A DNA stretch of 52,493 nt, from the NCBI GenBank assembly GCA_017676125.1, contig GCA_017676125.1_4893.1; one strand, written 5' to 3'. Shown in pieces: positions 34,862 through 42,300 of this stretch. The position numbers were made by a program, and so were the translations under genes. Below the pieces are notes generated by a model. It did no database searches. It saw only the letters and a program-made list of their open reading frames with translations, and was not told the origin of the DNA. Within the stretch, counting starts at the first letter, position 1. Each line of letters begins with the position of its first letter. This DNA comes from a phage.

Positions 34862-35740
34862 TTATTTTAAGGAAAGTTTAACGGGCTTCTCATCCTGCGG
34901 GAAGACATCAGCAGGGCGATAATCATCACAAGCTGCTAATTGCTCTTCGATTGTTTCGAGTTCTTTCTGGTGCTTGTTGCAATACCACACTTTGCCCTGA
35001 AGCGGTTTACTGTAATGGCAGGTTCTGCAGTTCCTGTCTGGCATTGCCCCTTTGTGGCACAGGTGATGGTATTCGCACATCCCTGGTTTGCACTCCCACC
35101 AAATAGGCGATTCAGAAATCTTCGGCATATCCAAACCAGATTCCGCATATACAACAGCCTCCGCTTTACTCAGTTGTATGTCGCTTTCCAGTAAGTCAAT
35201 ATCGACCACTTCAAAATACATCTCGTCAGTGTTCTTATTGATTGCAATGTACACAGCTTGATTCAGCTTAAGCTTCCGCATGTATACCTGCATCTGGGCA
35301 TAGTGTACCGGCTTACTTGCTTTAACAGACTTGAGCTTGACTAACTCTTTAAACGACTTATCGCCATGCGTCTTGAACTCAGCAAGTGCCCATACGCCTT
35401 TGTATTTAATTACACAGTCACAAGACCCAGAGAAGATGTCATTGAATTCGTGTATGCGCCACTGCTTACCAGTCTTGGGATTGACGTCCAGCACTTCGTC
35501 ACATACGGTGCGAAGCCACTTTACAATTCTGCTTTCTTCAAGGTTACCACGTTCAAACAGACGAAGTTGCTTAGCCGAAAACTTCTCCTTGAACGACCAG
35601 TGCAGAACGTGCCAAAGATAGCGATAGCAGTTGTGTCCTATCTGCGATGCTCCAAGATGCCCGCGTCGTTCTTCTCTTTCGTGGGCTTCGACTATCTTGA
35701 TGTCAATACGTTTCTGCAGGTCGTCAAACGGACTTGGCAT
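34862..35740 (-). CDS. PD-(D/E)XK exonuclease, Cas4/RecB-like with Fe-S cluster cysteines
   Basis: ATG at 35740 with GAGGAG RBS; N-terminal Cys (GHNCYRYLW), D...EFK and QxxxY (HYAQMQVY) nuclease motifs, C-terminal C-x4-C-x5-C. Confidence 0.6.
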   Translation of the reverse strand: MPSPFDDLQKRIDIKIVEAHEREERRGHLGASQIGHNCYRYLWHVLHWSFKEKFSAKQLRLFERGNLEESRIVKWLRTVCDEVLDVNPKTGKQWRIHEFNDIFSGSCDCVIKYKGVWALAEFKTHGDKSFKELVKLKSVKASKPVHYAQMQVYMRKLKLNQAVYIAINKNTDEMYFEVVDIDLLESDIQLSKAEAVVYAESGLDMPKISESPIWWECKPGMCEYHHLCHKGAMPDRNCRTCHYSKPLQGKVWYCNKHQKELETIEEQLAACDDYRPADVFPQDEKPVKLSLK

Positions 35741-36209
35741 TGTTAAACTCCTCAACGCTGAATTCATCGTACACAATATTATGCGCCCACAAATGGGCAA
35801 CGGCATTTGCCATGCTATCCTTCCATTTGGATTGAGAAGCTGTATGAGCCAATGCAACTACACGTACCAGGTTAAGGTTGGCTATCAGCATGTCTGCACA
35901 ATGTTCGCACGGCGGGTAGGTTATGTAGATGGTAACCGGGCCTAATGAAGGAGTGTCTAACTCACTCCTTATATTAGCTAAGGTATTTATCTCGCTATGA
36001 ATAGTGAGAGCGTTCTTGAGGCTATTAGGCACTATTCTTATAGAGTCTAACTGCGTAGGCAGACCATTATATCCAGTGGAAATAATACGCTTGTTCTGGT
36101 CCACAAGAACGCTACCGACTTGGCGTTTCGGGTCCTTCGACCAGCTAGCAACTTCACAAGCTATGCGCATAAACCGCCTGTCCCACTTGTCCATCTTTTT
36201 CTTTTGCAT
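35724..36209 (-). CDS. dCMP deaminase (cytidine/deoxycytidylate deaminase family)
   Basis: 161 aa; zinc-binding H(S)E and PCxxC motifs (HSEINTL...PCEHCADMLI). Confidence 0.8.
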   Translation of the reverse strand: MQKKKMDKWDRRFMRIACEVASWSKDPKRQVGSVLVDQNKRIISTGYNGLPTQLDSIRIVPNSLKNALTIHSEINTLANIRSELDTPSLGPVTIYITYPPCEHCADMLIANLNLVRVVALAHTASQSKWKDSMANAVAHLWAHNIVYDEFSVEEFNNAKSV

Positions 36210-36270
36210 GGTAGTCTCCGTATACGAAAATAGGGGCCGAAGCCCCTATTGAATATCTACTCGGCAGGGA

Positions 36271-36816
36271 TTATTCTTCCCAAGGAGCTGCTGCACCGTC
36301 GTCAGCACCAGGTGCCGTTGCAGTAGCACTCGCCTTCGTTGAAGTACCCGCACCTGCACCTACTTTCTTCGTCGTCGATGCAGTTGCTTGAGAATGACCA
36401 CCTACTGCAGTAGTTGCTTCAGTTGACGCCTTGTATTCGCGAATATCGTTCTGCGGATCGTATTCACCGGTCTTGTCGATACGAACACCAACTTTACCAG
36501 CTACAATACGGTTTTCCAGTAAGTCGGTAGAAGTCAGTTCAACAATACCCAGCGCACGACACAACGCAGACAGTTTGCGATGACCGATTTCAACAGCTTG
36601 TGCATTAGGGTTGGAGTAGGTAATCATGTCAAATACAACACGGTTAGCGAACTCACCTTCCTGCACTTTCAGACGCAGGGACAGGTAAGAACCAGTGCCT
36701 GCTTTAGTCGGCTTCAGCTCAACCTCTTCAATCATGAAGTTGTACCAGCCTTTCGGGATTGGGTCAAAAGACTGTTGCGGTTCGACGGTAGAGCTGTTGA
36801 AGTTTAATTCAGCCAT
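36271..36816 (-). CDS. putative ssDNA-binding protein (DUF669-like)
   Basis: 181 aa; N-terminal OB-like domain, disordered Ala/Gly/Thr-rich acidic C-terminal tail; adjacent to Sak4-like ATPase. Confidence 0.45.
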   Translation of the reverse strand: MAELNFNSSTVEPQQSFDPIPKGWYNFMIEEVELKPTKAGTGSYLSLRLKVQEGEFANRVVFDMITYSNPNAQAVEIGHRKLSALCRALGIVELTSTDLLENRIVAGKVGVRIDKTGEYDPQNDIREYKASTEATTAVGGHSQATASTTKKVGAGAGTSTKASATATAPGADDGAAAPWEE

Positions 36817-36923
36817 TGTTTGGTATCCTGTTTAAGTTTAGTTTAATTTCGTTTAACGCTTTACCGGCAGCGTTCGGCCGTGATGCTTATTATACGCCAC
36901 TTTTTATCATGGCGTAAACACTT

Positions 36924-37808
36924 TTATTCGCTGGTTCCTTTCTCAGCTTGAGCGGCTTTCTTCGCCATCCAGGCTTGGTGCTTCTCTTTCGATTCGTCCG
37001 AACCGATTTTAGTGAGCTGCACGTTCGGGTCGTCGTTCTGCATCTGTTCTGCAGCTCGGCCTGTCAGAAGCAGGTAGCTGTCTGACTCCGGATGATAGTA
37101 CCACAGCTGGTAAGGATGATAGCCTTGCAGCTTGTCATAAATCCAGCCCAGGTCTGCAGGTTCACGTGCATCCAGTTCACGGCCTGGTGCGTTACGGCAC
37201 TTAGCTTCCCATTGGTAGTCGGGCTGGGTCTGGATGTAGCGCTCGCTGTTACCATTGGCATCAGGTGCAGTCATACGTAAAGCAAGCACCGCATCCATAA
37301 GATACGGCAGTTGTTTAGGTAACTGCTGACCAGGCATAAGAGGTGAGTACAACATTGCACCAGTAACTTCGTCCTTGTTCTTCTCAAGCTTGCAAAGGTA
37401 TGCAACGCTGAAAGGCAAGTCACGGAACTGACGCATGATATACATCATCTTGTCGTTGGTGTTACCATACGCCTGTCGTTTGTCGTTGACCTGCGACTTC
37501 TCATAGTCCAGGCAAACTTCAGCCACATCTGACAGCGAGTCGAAAATCAGATGCTCATACTTCTGCGCATCCTTACTTTCGGTAAGCCATTTGTACAGCG
37601 CCAAAATGTCGTTGAACGTATTGATTGGCGTAGAGTCGATGTCAGCATCTGCGATCGACATCAAACCGCCTTCAGCGTTAATGACAAGAACCTTATCGTG
37701 AGGCAAGGTCTTAGCCAGGCTGGTTTTACCAACACCTGATGCGCCGTAAATAGCGACCTTAGGTCGCTTATTTTCTACGGCTTGTTTAGTAGATACAATC
37801 TGAACCAT
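36924..37808 (-). CDS. RecA-like ATPase, Sak4/AAA_24 family recombination protein (putative)
   Basis: 294 aa; Walker A YGASGVGKTSLAK near N-terminus; Walker B-like LIFD; typical partner of DUF669 proteins. Confidence 0.6.
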   Translation of the reverse strand: MVQIVSTKQAVENKRPKVAIYGASGVGKTSLAKTLPHDKVLVINAEGGLMSIADADIDSTPINTFNDILALYKWLTESKDAQKYEHLIFDSLSDVAEVCLDYEKSQVNDKRQAYGNTNDKMMYIMRQFRDLPFSVAYLCKLEKNKDEVTGAMLYSPLMPGQQLPKQLPYLMDAVLALRMTAPDANGNSERYIQTQPDYQWEAKCRNAPGRELDAREPADLGWIYDKLQGYHPYQLWYYHPESDSYLLLTGRAAEQMQNDDPNVQLTKIGSDESKEKHQAWMAKKAAQAEKGTSE

Positions 37809-38038
37809 TAATGATAGTCCTCGTAAAGTGATTCTTCATCGCAGTACATACGATAAAGAGCTTCTTCGGCTTCTTCCAGGGTGTCAAACTCCTCGCCACA
37901 GACGGAGTATTTTGTGGGTTCATCGAATGACTCGACGATGTGCCAGTCATGATGAATACCGTATGTCCACAAGTCGCAGTCATCTTTTGCAACAAGCTTA
38001 CGTGTGGAACGAAATTGTGCTAGAGTATTGATGCTCAT
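37808..38038 (-). CDS. hypothetical protein
   Basis: ATG at 38038 with AGGAGAGAG RBS (track ORF starts at GTG 38077); 76 aa acidic. Confidence 0.45.
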   Translation of the reverse strand: MSINTLAQFRSTRKLVAKDDCDLWTYGIHHDWHIVESFDEPTKYSVCGEEFDTLEEAEEALYRMYCDEESLYEDYH

Positions 38039-38098
38039 ATTCTCTCTCCTCATGTGTATAGAGGTATTATACACCACTTACATGGGGTAAGTACACTA

Positions 38099-38581
38099 CT
38101 ATTTTACACTAACAGCTTGACACGATAGCCGTGACAAACCGAGGTTGGCTATGACACCATCGAGCAATACTCCTGCATGCTCTTCGTTGTATGCTTCTAC
38201 CCACAAAGGGATGGTGACACCCTTCAGGTGGTCGCTGTACACGTTGAACCTATATACCTGTTTGTGTGCTTTGTCAACACGTACAACAGTAAGGTTACCA
38301 TCCTCGTAAGGAGGAAGCTCAACGCCTTTCTTGCTCCAGAAGTTACGGAACTCAGCACTATTAACAATGCCGTGTACAACACGCTCAGTAAGTTCTGTTT
38401 TGAGGTCAGCACGTGCCTTTGTACTGATAAAGAAACGACAAGAGAAGAAAGCATTGACGTTTATCACATCAACCGCATACACAACGTTATGCTCTTCAGT
38501 AGTTGGTGCTTTATAAACAATGTATTTAGTTTTGAACAGGTCCATAGTACTCTCCAGGGAGGAAGACTGGCGGGCTTGCAC
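38099..38581 (-). CDS. hypothetical protein
   Basis: 160 aa ORF in minus-strand operon. Confidence 0.5.
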   Translation of the reverse strand: MQARQSSSLESTMDLFKTKYIVYKAPTTEEHNVVYAVDVINVNAFFSCRFFISTKARADLKTELTERVVHGIVNSAEFRNFWSKKGVELPPYEDGNLTVVRVDKAHKQVYRFNVYSDHLKGVTIPLWVEAYNEEHAGVLLDGVIANLGLSRLSCQAVSVK

Positions 38582-38593
38582 CCGCCTAAGTTA

Positions 38594-39499
38594 TTACAGC
38601 AGTTCTGCTTTCAATGCAGCGATGCCATCGAGCAGTGCTTTGATGTCCGGGTTAGATGCCGCCAGGTCAGCAACAACTGTCTGACGACGACGTTCCAGTT
38701 CTTTCTCAACTTCCAGGTCGAGGCGTGCTGACGCTTCACGCAGTAAGTCTTCAACCTGCTGACGACGCTGATACTTGTTAAAGTCAGGCACGTCAACCAG
38801 CCATTTGAGAGTTGCAGTGTTGTAACCAGAAGTATTGGCGGCGCTTACAGACACAACATCAACGAGCTTGGTACCGTTCAGCTCCGGATAGTTAACATTG
38901 CGAACGTCAACAACCGCTTTGTCACCTACACTTACTTTGCCGATGTACTTGTAAGTGTACACACGACCATTCGGTTCAAACTTAACACCAACAAACTTCA
39001 GTTTGTCGTCTGCAATAACCTCTTCCTCAACTTTGAAGTTGATTGCAGTGTTCTTGACAGGTGCGGCCGCTTTGAGCTTAGCGACCATGTACTGTTCGGA
39101 ATGAGACGGACGGCACAGACGGAAGACGTCTTCATTGTAGGTCAGCCAGTTACCGGTCTCATCCACGCATGCAATCTGATTAGTGCCATCCAGTGAACGA
39201 ACACCCGGGCGATTCTTCTCAACACGATACAGCTTACCTTCTTTCAGGTTAGTGTAAGAACGACGGGCGACACCCCAATTATGTTTTTCAGATTCGTACT
39301 TAGCGAAACGGTCAACGCTGAAGTTCTGCTTCAGACCACGGTCGTCGATTACCCATAAGTTATCGTAAGCCCCGCCGAAAGAACCCAGGTTGGCATACAC
39401 TTTGCCCTGCGTCAACAGGGAAGTGTTTCCCTCGTCAACACAGATAACAAAACCCAGAGCTTCGTGTGCTTTACCGCTGCGGTCAAATACTGTAGTCAT
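38594..39499 (-). CDS. hypothetical protein
   Basis: 301 aa ORF, coiled-coil C-terminus; no motif recognised. Confidence 0.5.
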   Translation of the reverse strand: MTTVFDRSGKAHEALGFVICVDEGNTSLLTQGKVYANLGSFGGAYDNLWVIDDRGLKQNFSVDRFAKYESEKHNWGVARRSYTNLKEGKLYRVEKNRPGVRSLDGTNQIACVDETGNWLTYNEDVFRLCRPSHSEQYMVAKLKAAAPVKNTAINFKVEEEVIADDKLKFVGVKFEPNGRVYTYKYIGKVSVGDKAVVDVRNVNYPELNGTKLVDVVSVSAANTSGYNTATLKWLVDVPDFNKYQRRQQVEDLLREASARLDLEVEKELERRRQTVVADLAASNPDIKALLDGIAALKAELL

Positions 39500-39613
39500 T
39501 TCTTGTTTCCTTGTATACCAGTTTGATTGTATGCCAGAGTTATTCCCTGCGCATGTGCTTTATTGCTTAACCGTTAAAGACATTATATCATTAGTGAGTG
39601 GTGACGTACACAT

Positions 39614-39904
39614 TTATTTTAAGGCAGAAGTGCAAATAGCATCACACAAACAATAATGAGCACGGTCGTAGTCTTCAAACAAGAACACTTCGCCATTGGC
39701 GACAACTTCATTACTGTTGACCTGCAGGCTAATACCTGAATGCAGAAGCACATCCATAGCCTGGTCCTTGTTCTTGTACGGGTCCCAAATAAGCTGGAAG
39801 CCTGACCCACAAAGGAGACATCCCTTGAGCTCCGGGAGAGTTGACTCCTTCACAGTCACATTACAAATCTTGGCCAGTTTAGCACGAGAATCTAGAGTAC
39901 TCAT
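39614..39904 (-). CDS. hypothetical protein
   Basis: 96 aa ORF, start overlaps upstream stop. Confidence 0.45.
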   Translation of the reverse strand: MSTLDSRAKLAKICNVTVKESTLPELKGCLLCGSGFQLIWDPYKNKDQAMDVLLHSGISLQVNSNEVVANGEVFLFEDYDRAHYCLCDAICTSALK

Positions 39905-40191
39905 TTACGTTTACCTTTACGTTTGTGTAGCGGAGTATATGTTTTCTTTGGCACGCCAAACATGGCCGCATATGTACCGACTTCTTTCTTTGTTGGCTTA
40001 TCCACAATTTCGTCAATCACGATTAAGTCATGGTTGATATTGCGAAAGACTTCAGCCGCTCTTTTCTCAACAGTAGTAAAGTCAATAACAAGCTCTTTGC
40101 CTATCAGGCTTTCTTTGAACTTGTCAAACAGCCATTTGTCTCGCGGACCAGGATTGCCCATAAACATAACACGCATCTGCTTACTGTCCAT
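39901..40191 (-). CDS. hypothetical protein
   Basis: 96 aa ORF, Lys/Arg-rich C-terminus. Confidence 0.45.
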   Translation of the reverse strand: MDSKQMRVMFMGNPGPRDKWLFDKFKESLIGKELVIDFTTVEKRAAEVFRNINHDLIVIDEIVDKPTKKEVGTYAAMFGVPKKTYTPLHKRKGKRK

Positions 40192-40259
40192 GGATGATAT
40201 ACCCCGTTATTTGTGTTGCCAGGTACAAACCGTATACCACACACCCAACGAGTATGGCA

Positions 40260-40613
40260 TCAAGAATCAGATGAGCTATCTTCACGTTTGACCTCCGGAA
40301 GGAATGAGTTATCAACCTTAATCAGTACGTTACGGCTGTTAACCACTTCCAGGCTGGTGCCATCCTTTTTGTGGGTTACACGAATAAATGCAACACCCTC
40401 AGCCTGTGCCTGCTCAATAGCTTTATTCAGCACAACATTATCCTGTACCATATGACGTACGCGAGGAAGGATATTGCAAAGAGGTTCCATCTCATCCATT
40501 CCTGCAGTACGCATGACTGACTTGAGAATGCCAAGATGATGCTTATAACGGTCTTCAAGATTGTACTTCTTGCCGTTATCACGAAAACGTTCTGATGCCA
40601 TGTAAGTCTCCAA
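40260..40613 (-). CDS. hypothetical protein
   Basis: 117 aa ORF in minus-strand operon. Confidence 0.45.
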   Translation of the reverse strand: METYMASERFRDNGKKYNLEDRYKHHLGILKSVMRTAGMDEMEPLCNILPRVRHMVQDNVVLNKAIEQAQAEGVAFIRVTHKKDGTSLEVVNSRNVLIKVDNSFLPEVKREDSSSDS

Positions 40614-40645
40614 AAGTTAGGGGGCTTGTGCTAAGCCCCGTTTAA

Positions 40646-41095
40646 TTACTCGGCTTCTTCCGTAGCTGCCGGGGTGAATGTTACAGTCGGAATACCAGGC
40701 GAGGTCTTCACAACAGGGTCGACGATAGCCAGTTGTTCTGGTGTCAGGTTACGGTATGCAGTAACTGACATTTCATACTTGGTTTTAAACAGCTTGGCAA
40801 CAACAGTCTTCGGTAACTTCTTCATTACGTCAGGCACAAGCTTCTGGTCAAGTGAGCGGTTAACCTTCTGCTCAACCTTGAGTTTACCAGGTACGCCATG
40901 CATGCTGAACTCAACCGTTTGTGTACCTTCTTTACCACGATTGATAATCATGTCACGTTCGAGACGTGCTTTAATGGTCCGGCGCAACGTCTCCTGGTCA
41001 GCTTTCGCTTGTGCCATCCAACGGTTCAGATTCGCCAGCTTGTCGTACAGCTGTTCCGTGTCCATCGATTCCAGTTCTTGTGGGTTCAATGCCAT
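40646..41095 (-). CDS. hypothetical protein
   Basis: ATG at 41095 with GAGGA RBS 8 nt upstream (track ORF starts at 41134); 149 aa. Confidence 0.45.
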   Translation of the reverse strand: MALNPQELESMDTEQLYDKLANLNRWMAQAKADQETLRRTIKARLERDMIINRGKEGTQTVEFSMHGVPGKLKVEQKVNRSLDQKLVPDVMKKLPKTVVAKLFKTKYEMSVTAYRNLTPEQLAIVDPVVKTSPGIPTVTFTPAATEEAE

Positions 41096-41348
41096 CAGTT
41101 GTTTCCTCAGGTTGCATGTGCATAGTTGCACCAATTAGTAGACAATAGTTATTGAACATTGTACGTAGTGCTTGGCCCGCAACAATATCCGTTATGTCTA
41201 TTATACCACTTTTAGTGGTGACGCGTAAAGCTTTTTCTTTCTTTGTTTTCTCCACAAATGCAATGCTGATGATTTCTTCCGCATGAATTACGTGGATGGT
41301 ACCTGCAAACTCACCAGTCTTAGCTGGTGCCTGGTACACTAACGACAT
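40998..41348 (-). CDS. hypothetical protein (uncertain; overlaps downstream gene and an internal promoter)
   Basis: ATG at 41348; overlaps 40646-41095 by ~98 nt; a consensus minus-strand promoter lies inside it. Confidence 0.3.
   Translation of the reverse strand: MSLVYQAPAKTGEFAGTIHVIHAEEIISIAFVEKTKKEKALRVTTKSGIIDITDIVAGQALRTMFNNYCLLIGATMHMQPEETTDGIEPTRTGIDGHGTAVRQAGESEPLDGTSES
41200..41229 (-). promoter_or_regulatory. sigma70-like promoter (minus strand) TTTACG-N18-TATAAT
   Basis: Minus-strand -35 TTTACG (plus 41224-41229), -10 TATAAT (plus 41200-41205); spacer contains ACCACT-AAA-AGTGGT palindrome. Confidence 0.5.
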
Positions 41349-41376
41349 AGACGGTTGGTTACTCACTTAATTGCTC

Positions 41377-41814
41377 CTATTTATATAAGTCCATCCAGTT
41401 ACGATACTCGTCATAAAACCGGTCAAACTCGTTTTTGGTGAGTGCAATAGCAACACCATTTACCAGATGCATGGTTCGTGTTTTGATGTTGACATACATG
41501 ACGTTGCTGTACGGGAACAAGCTACCGTCATTGTCAGTGAAGTAAGTCGGTGTAACATGAAGCACATCGCGCAATGCAACCAGCGCTTCAACAGCTTCTG
41601 CATGGCCTTCGCGGCGGAACGTCATGCAAGGCGGTGCACCGTCTTCGTCCTGAGTACCGCGCAAAGTAAGGTACACAGTTTCAGCAACATCATTGTGTAC
41701 TACTACGCTGATGTCAACGATGTCACTGGTACGGAAAGTAACAAAGTGCTGTACAATTACCTGTTCGTCGGTATTAGGACTGACGCCCTGAAAGGTCTTG
41801 AGTGTGTGAAACAT
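41377..41814 (-). CDS. hypothetical protein
   Basis: ATG at 41814 with AAGGAGA RBS (track ORF extends to 41898); 145 aa. Confidence 0.5.
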   Translation of the reverse strand: MFHTLKTFQGVSPNTDEQVIVQHFVTFRTSDIVDISVVVHNDVAETVYLTLRGTQDEDGAPPCMTFRREGHAEAVEALVALRDVLHVTPTYFTDNDGSLFPYSNVMYVNIKTRTMHLVNGVAIALTKNEFDRFYDEYRNWMDLYK

Positions 41815-41907
41815 TGGTTGTATCTCCTTAACAGAATGTAAGTCTATTATGTATATAAAGGAGGGGAAAGTAAATAGATATAAATGTATAAAATACATAA
41901 AAGTCTA

Positions 41908-41937
41908 TTTACTCTGGTTTAATAACGTGTATATAAT
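41908..41937 (+). promoter_or_regulatory. sigma70-like promoter TTTACT-N18-TATAAT for primase operon
   Basis: -35 TTTACT 41908-41913, -10 TATAAT 41932-41937, upstream of plus-strand gene at 41968. Confidence 0.5.
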
Positions 41938-41967
41938 GAGAGCCTCACAAACAAGAGGAGAGACTCA

Positions 41968-42300
41968 ATGATAAAGCCAAAACTGTTGCGGCATATTCGC
42001 AACGGTATTAAGCTACTCGCCGAAGGCAATGAATATGCCTGCAAGCAACGCGGTATTACAAAAGTCGGCCTGTTCAATAAAGAGTTACCGACTCGCTACT
42101 TTACCAAATCACCATTAACACTCGTACCTGCAGCGGAGTATTATAAAGACCCCGAAGCAGCTCGGGCTAAAATCAAGGAAGGTCTTGACCGACTTGTAGA
42201 GGAAGGCTATTTGACAGTACGTCAACACACTGAATCATCTTATTACTACAAGCCAACTTCTAAGGTAACCAGCAATGACAATGACGAGTCAGCCGAGTGA
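41968..42300 (+). CDS. hypothetical protein (possible DNA-binding/regulatory)
   Basis: 110 aa ORF with GAGGAGAG RBS, first gene of plus-strand island, overlaps primase gene start. Confidence 0.5.
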   Translation: MIKPKLLRHIRNGIKLLAEGNEYACKQRGITKVGLFNKELPTRYFTKSPLTLVPAAEYYKDPEAARAKIKEGLDRLVEEGYLTVRQHTESSYYYKPTSKVTSNDNDESAE

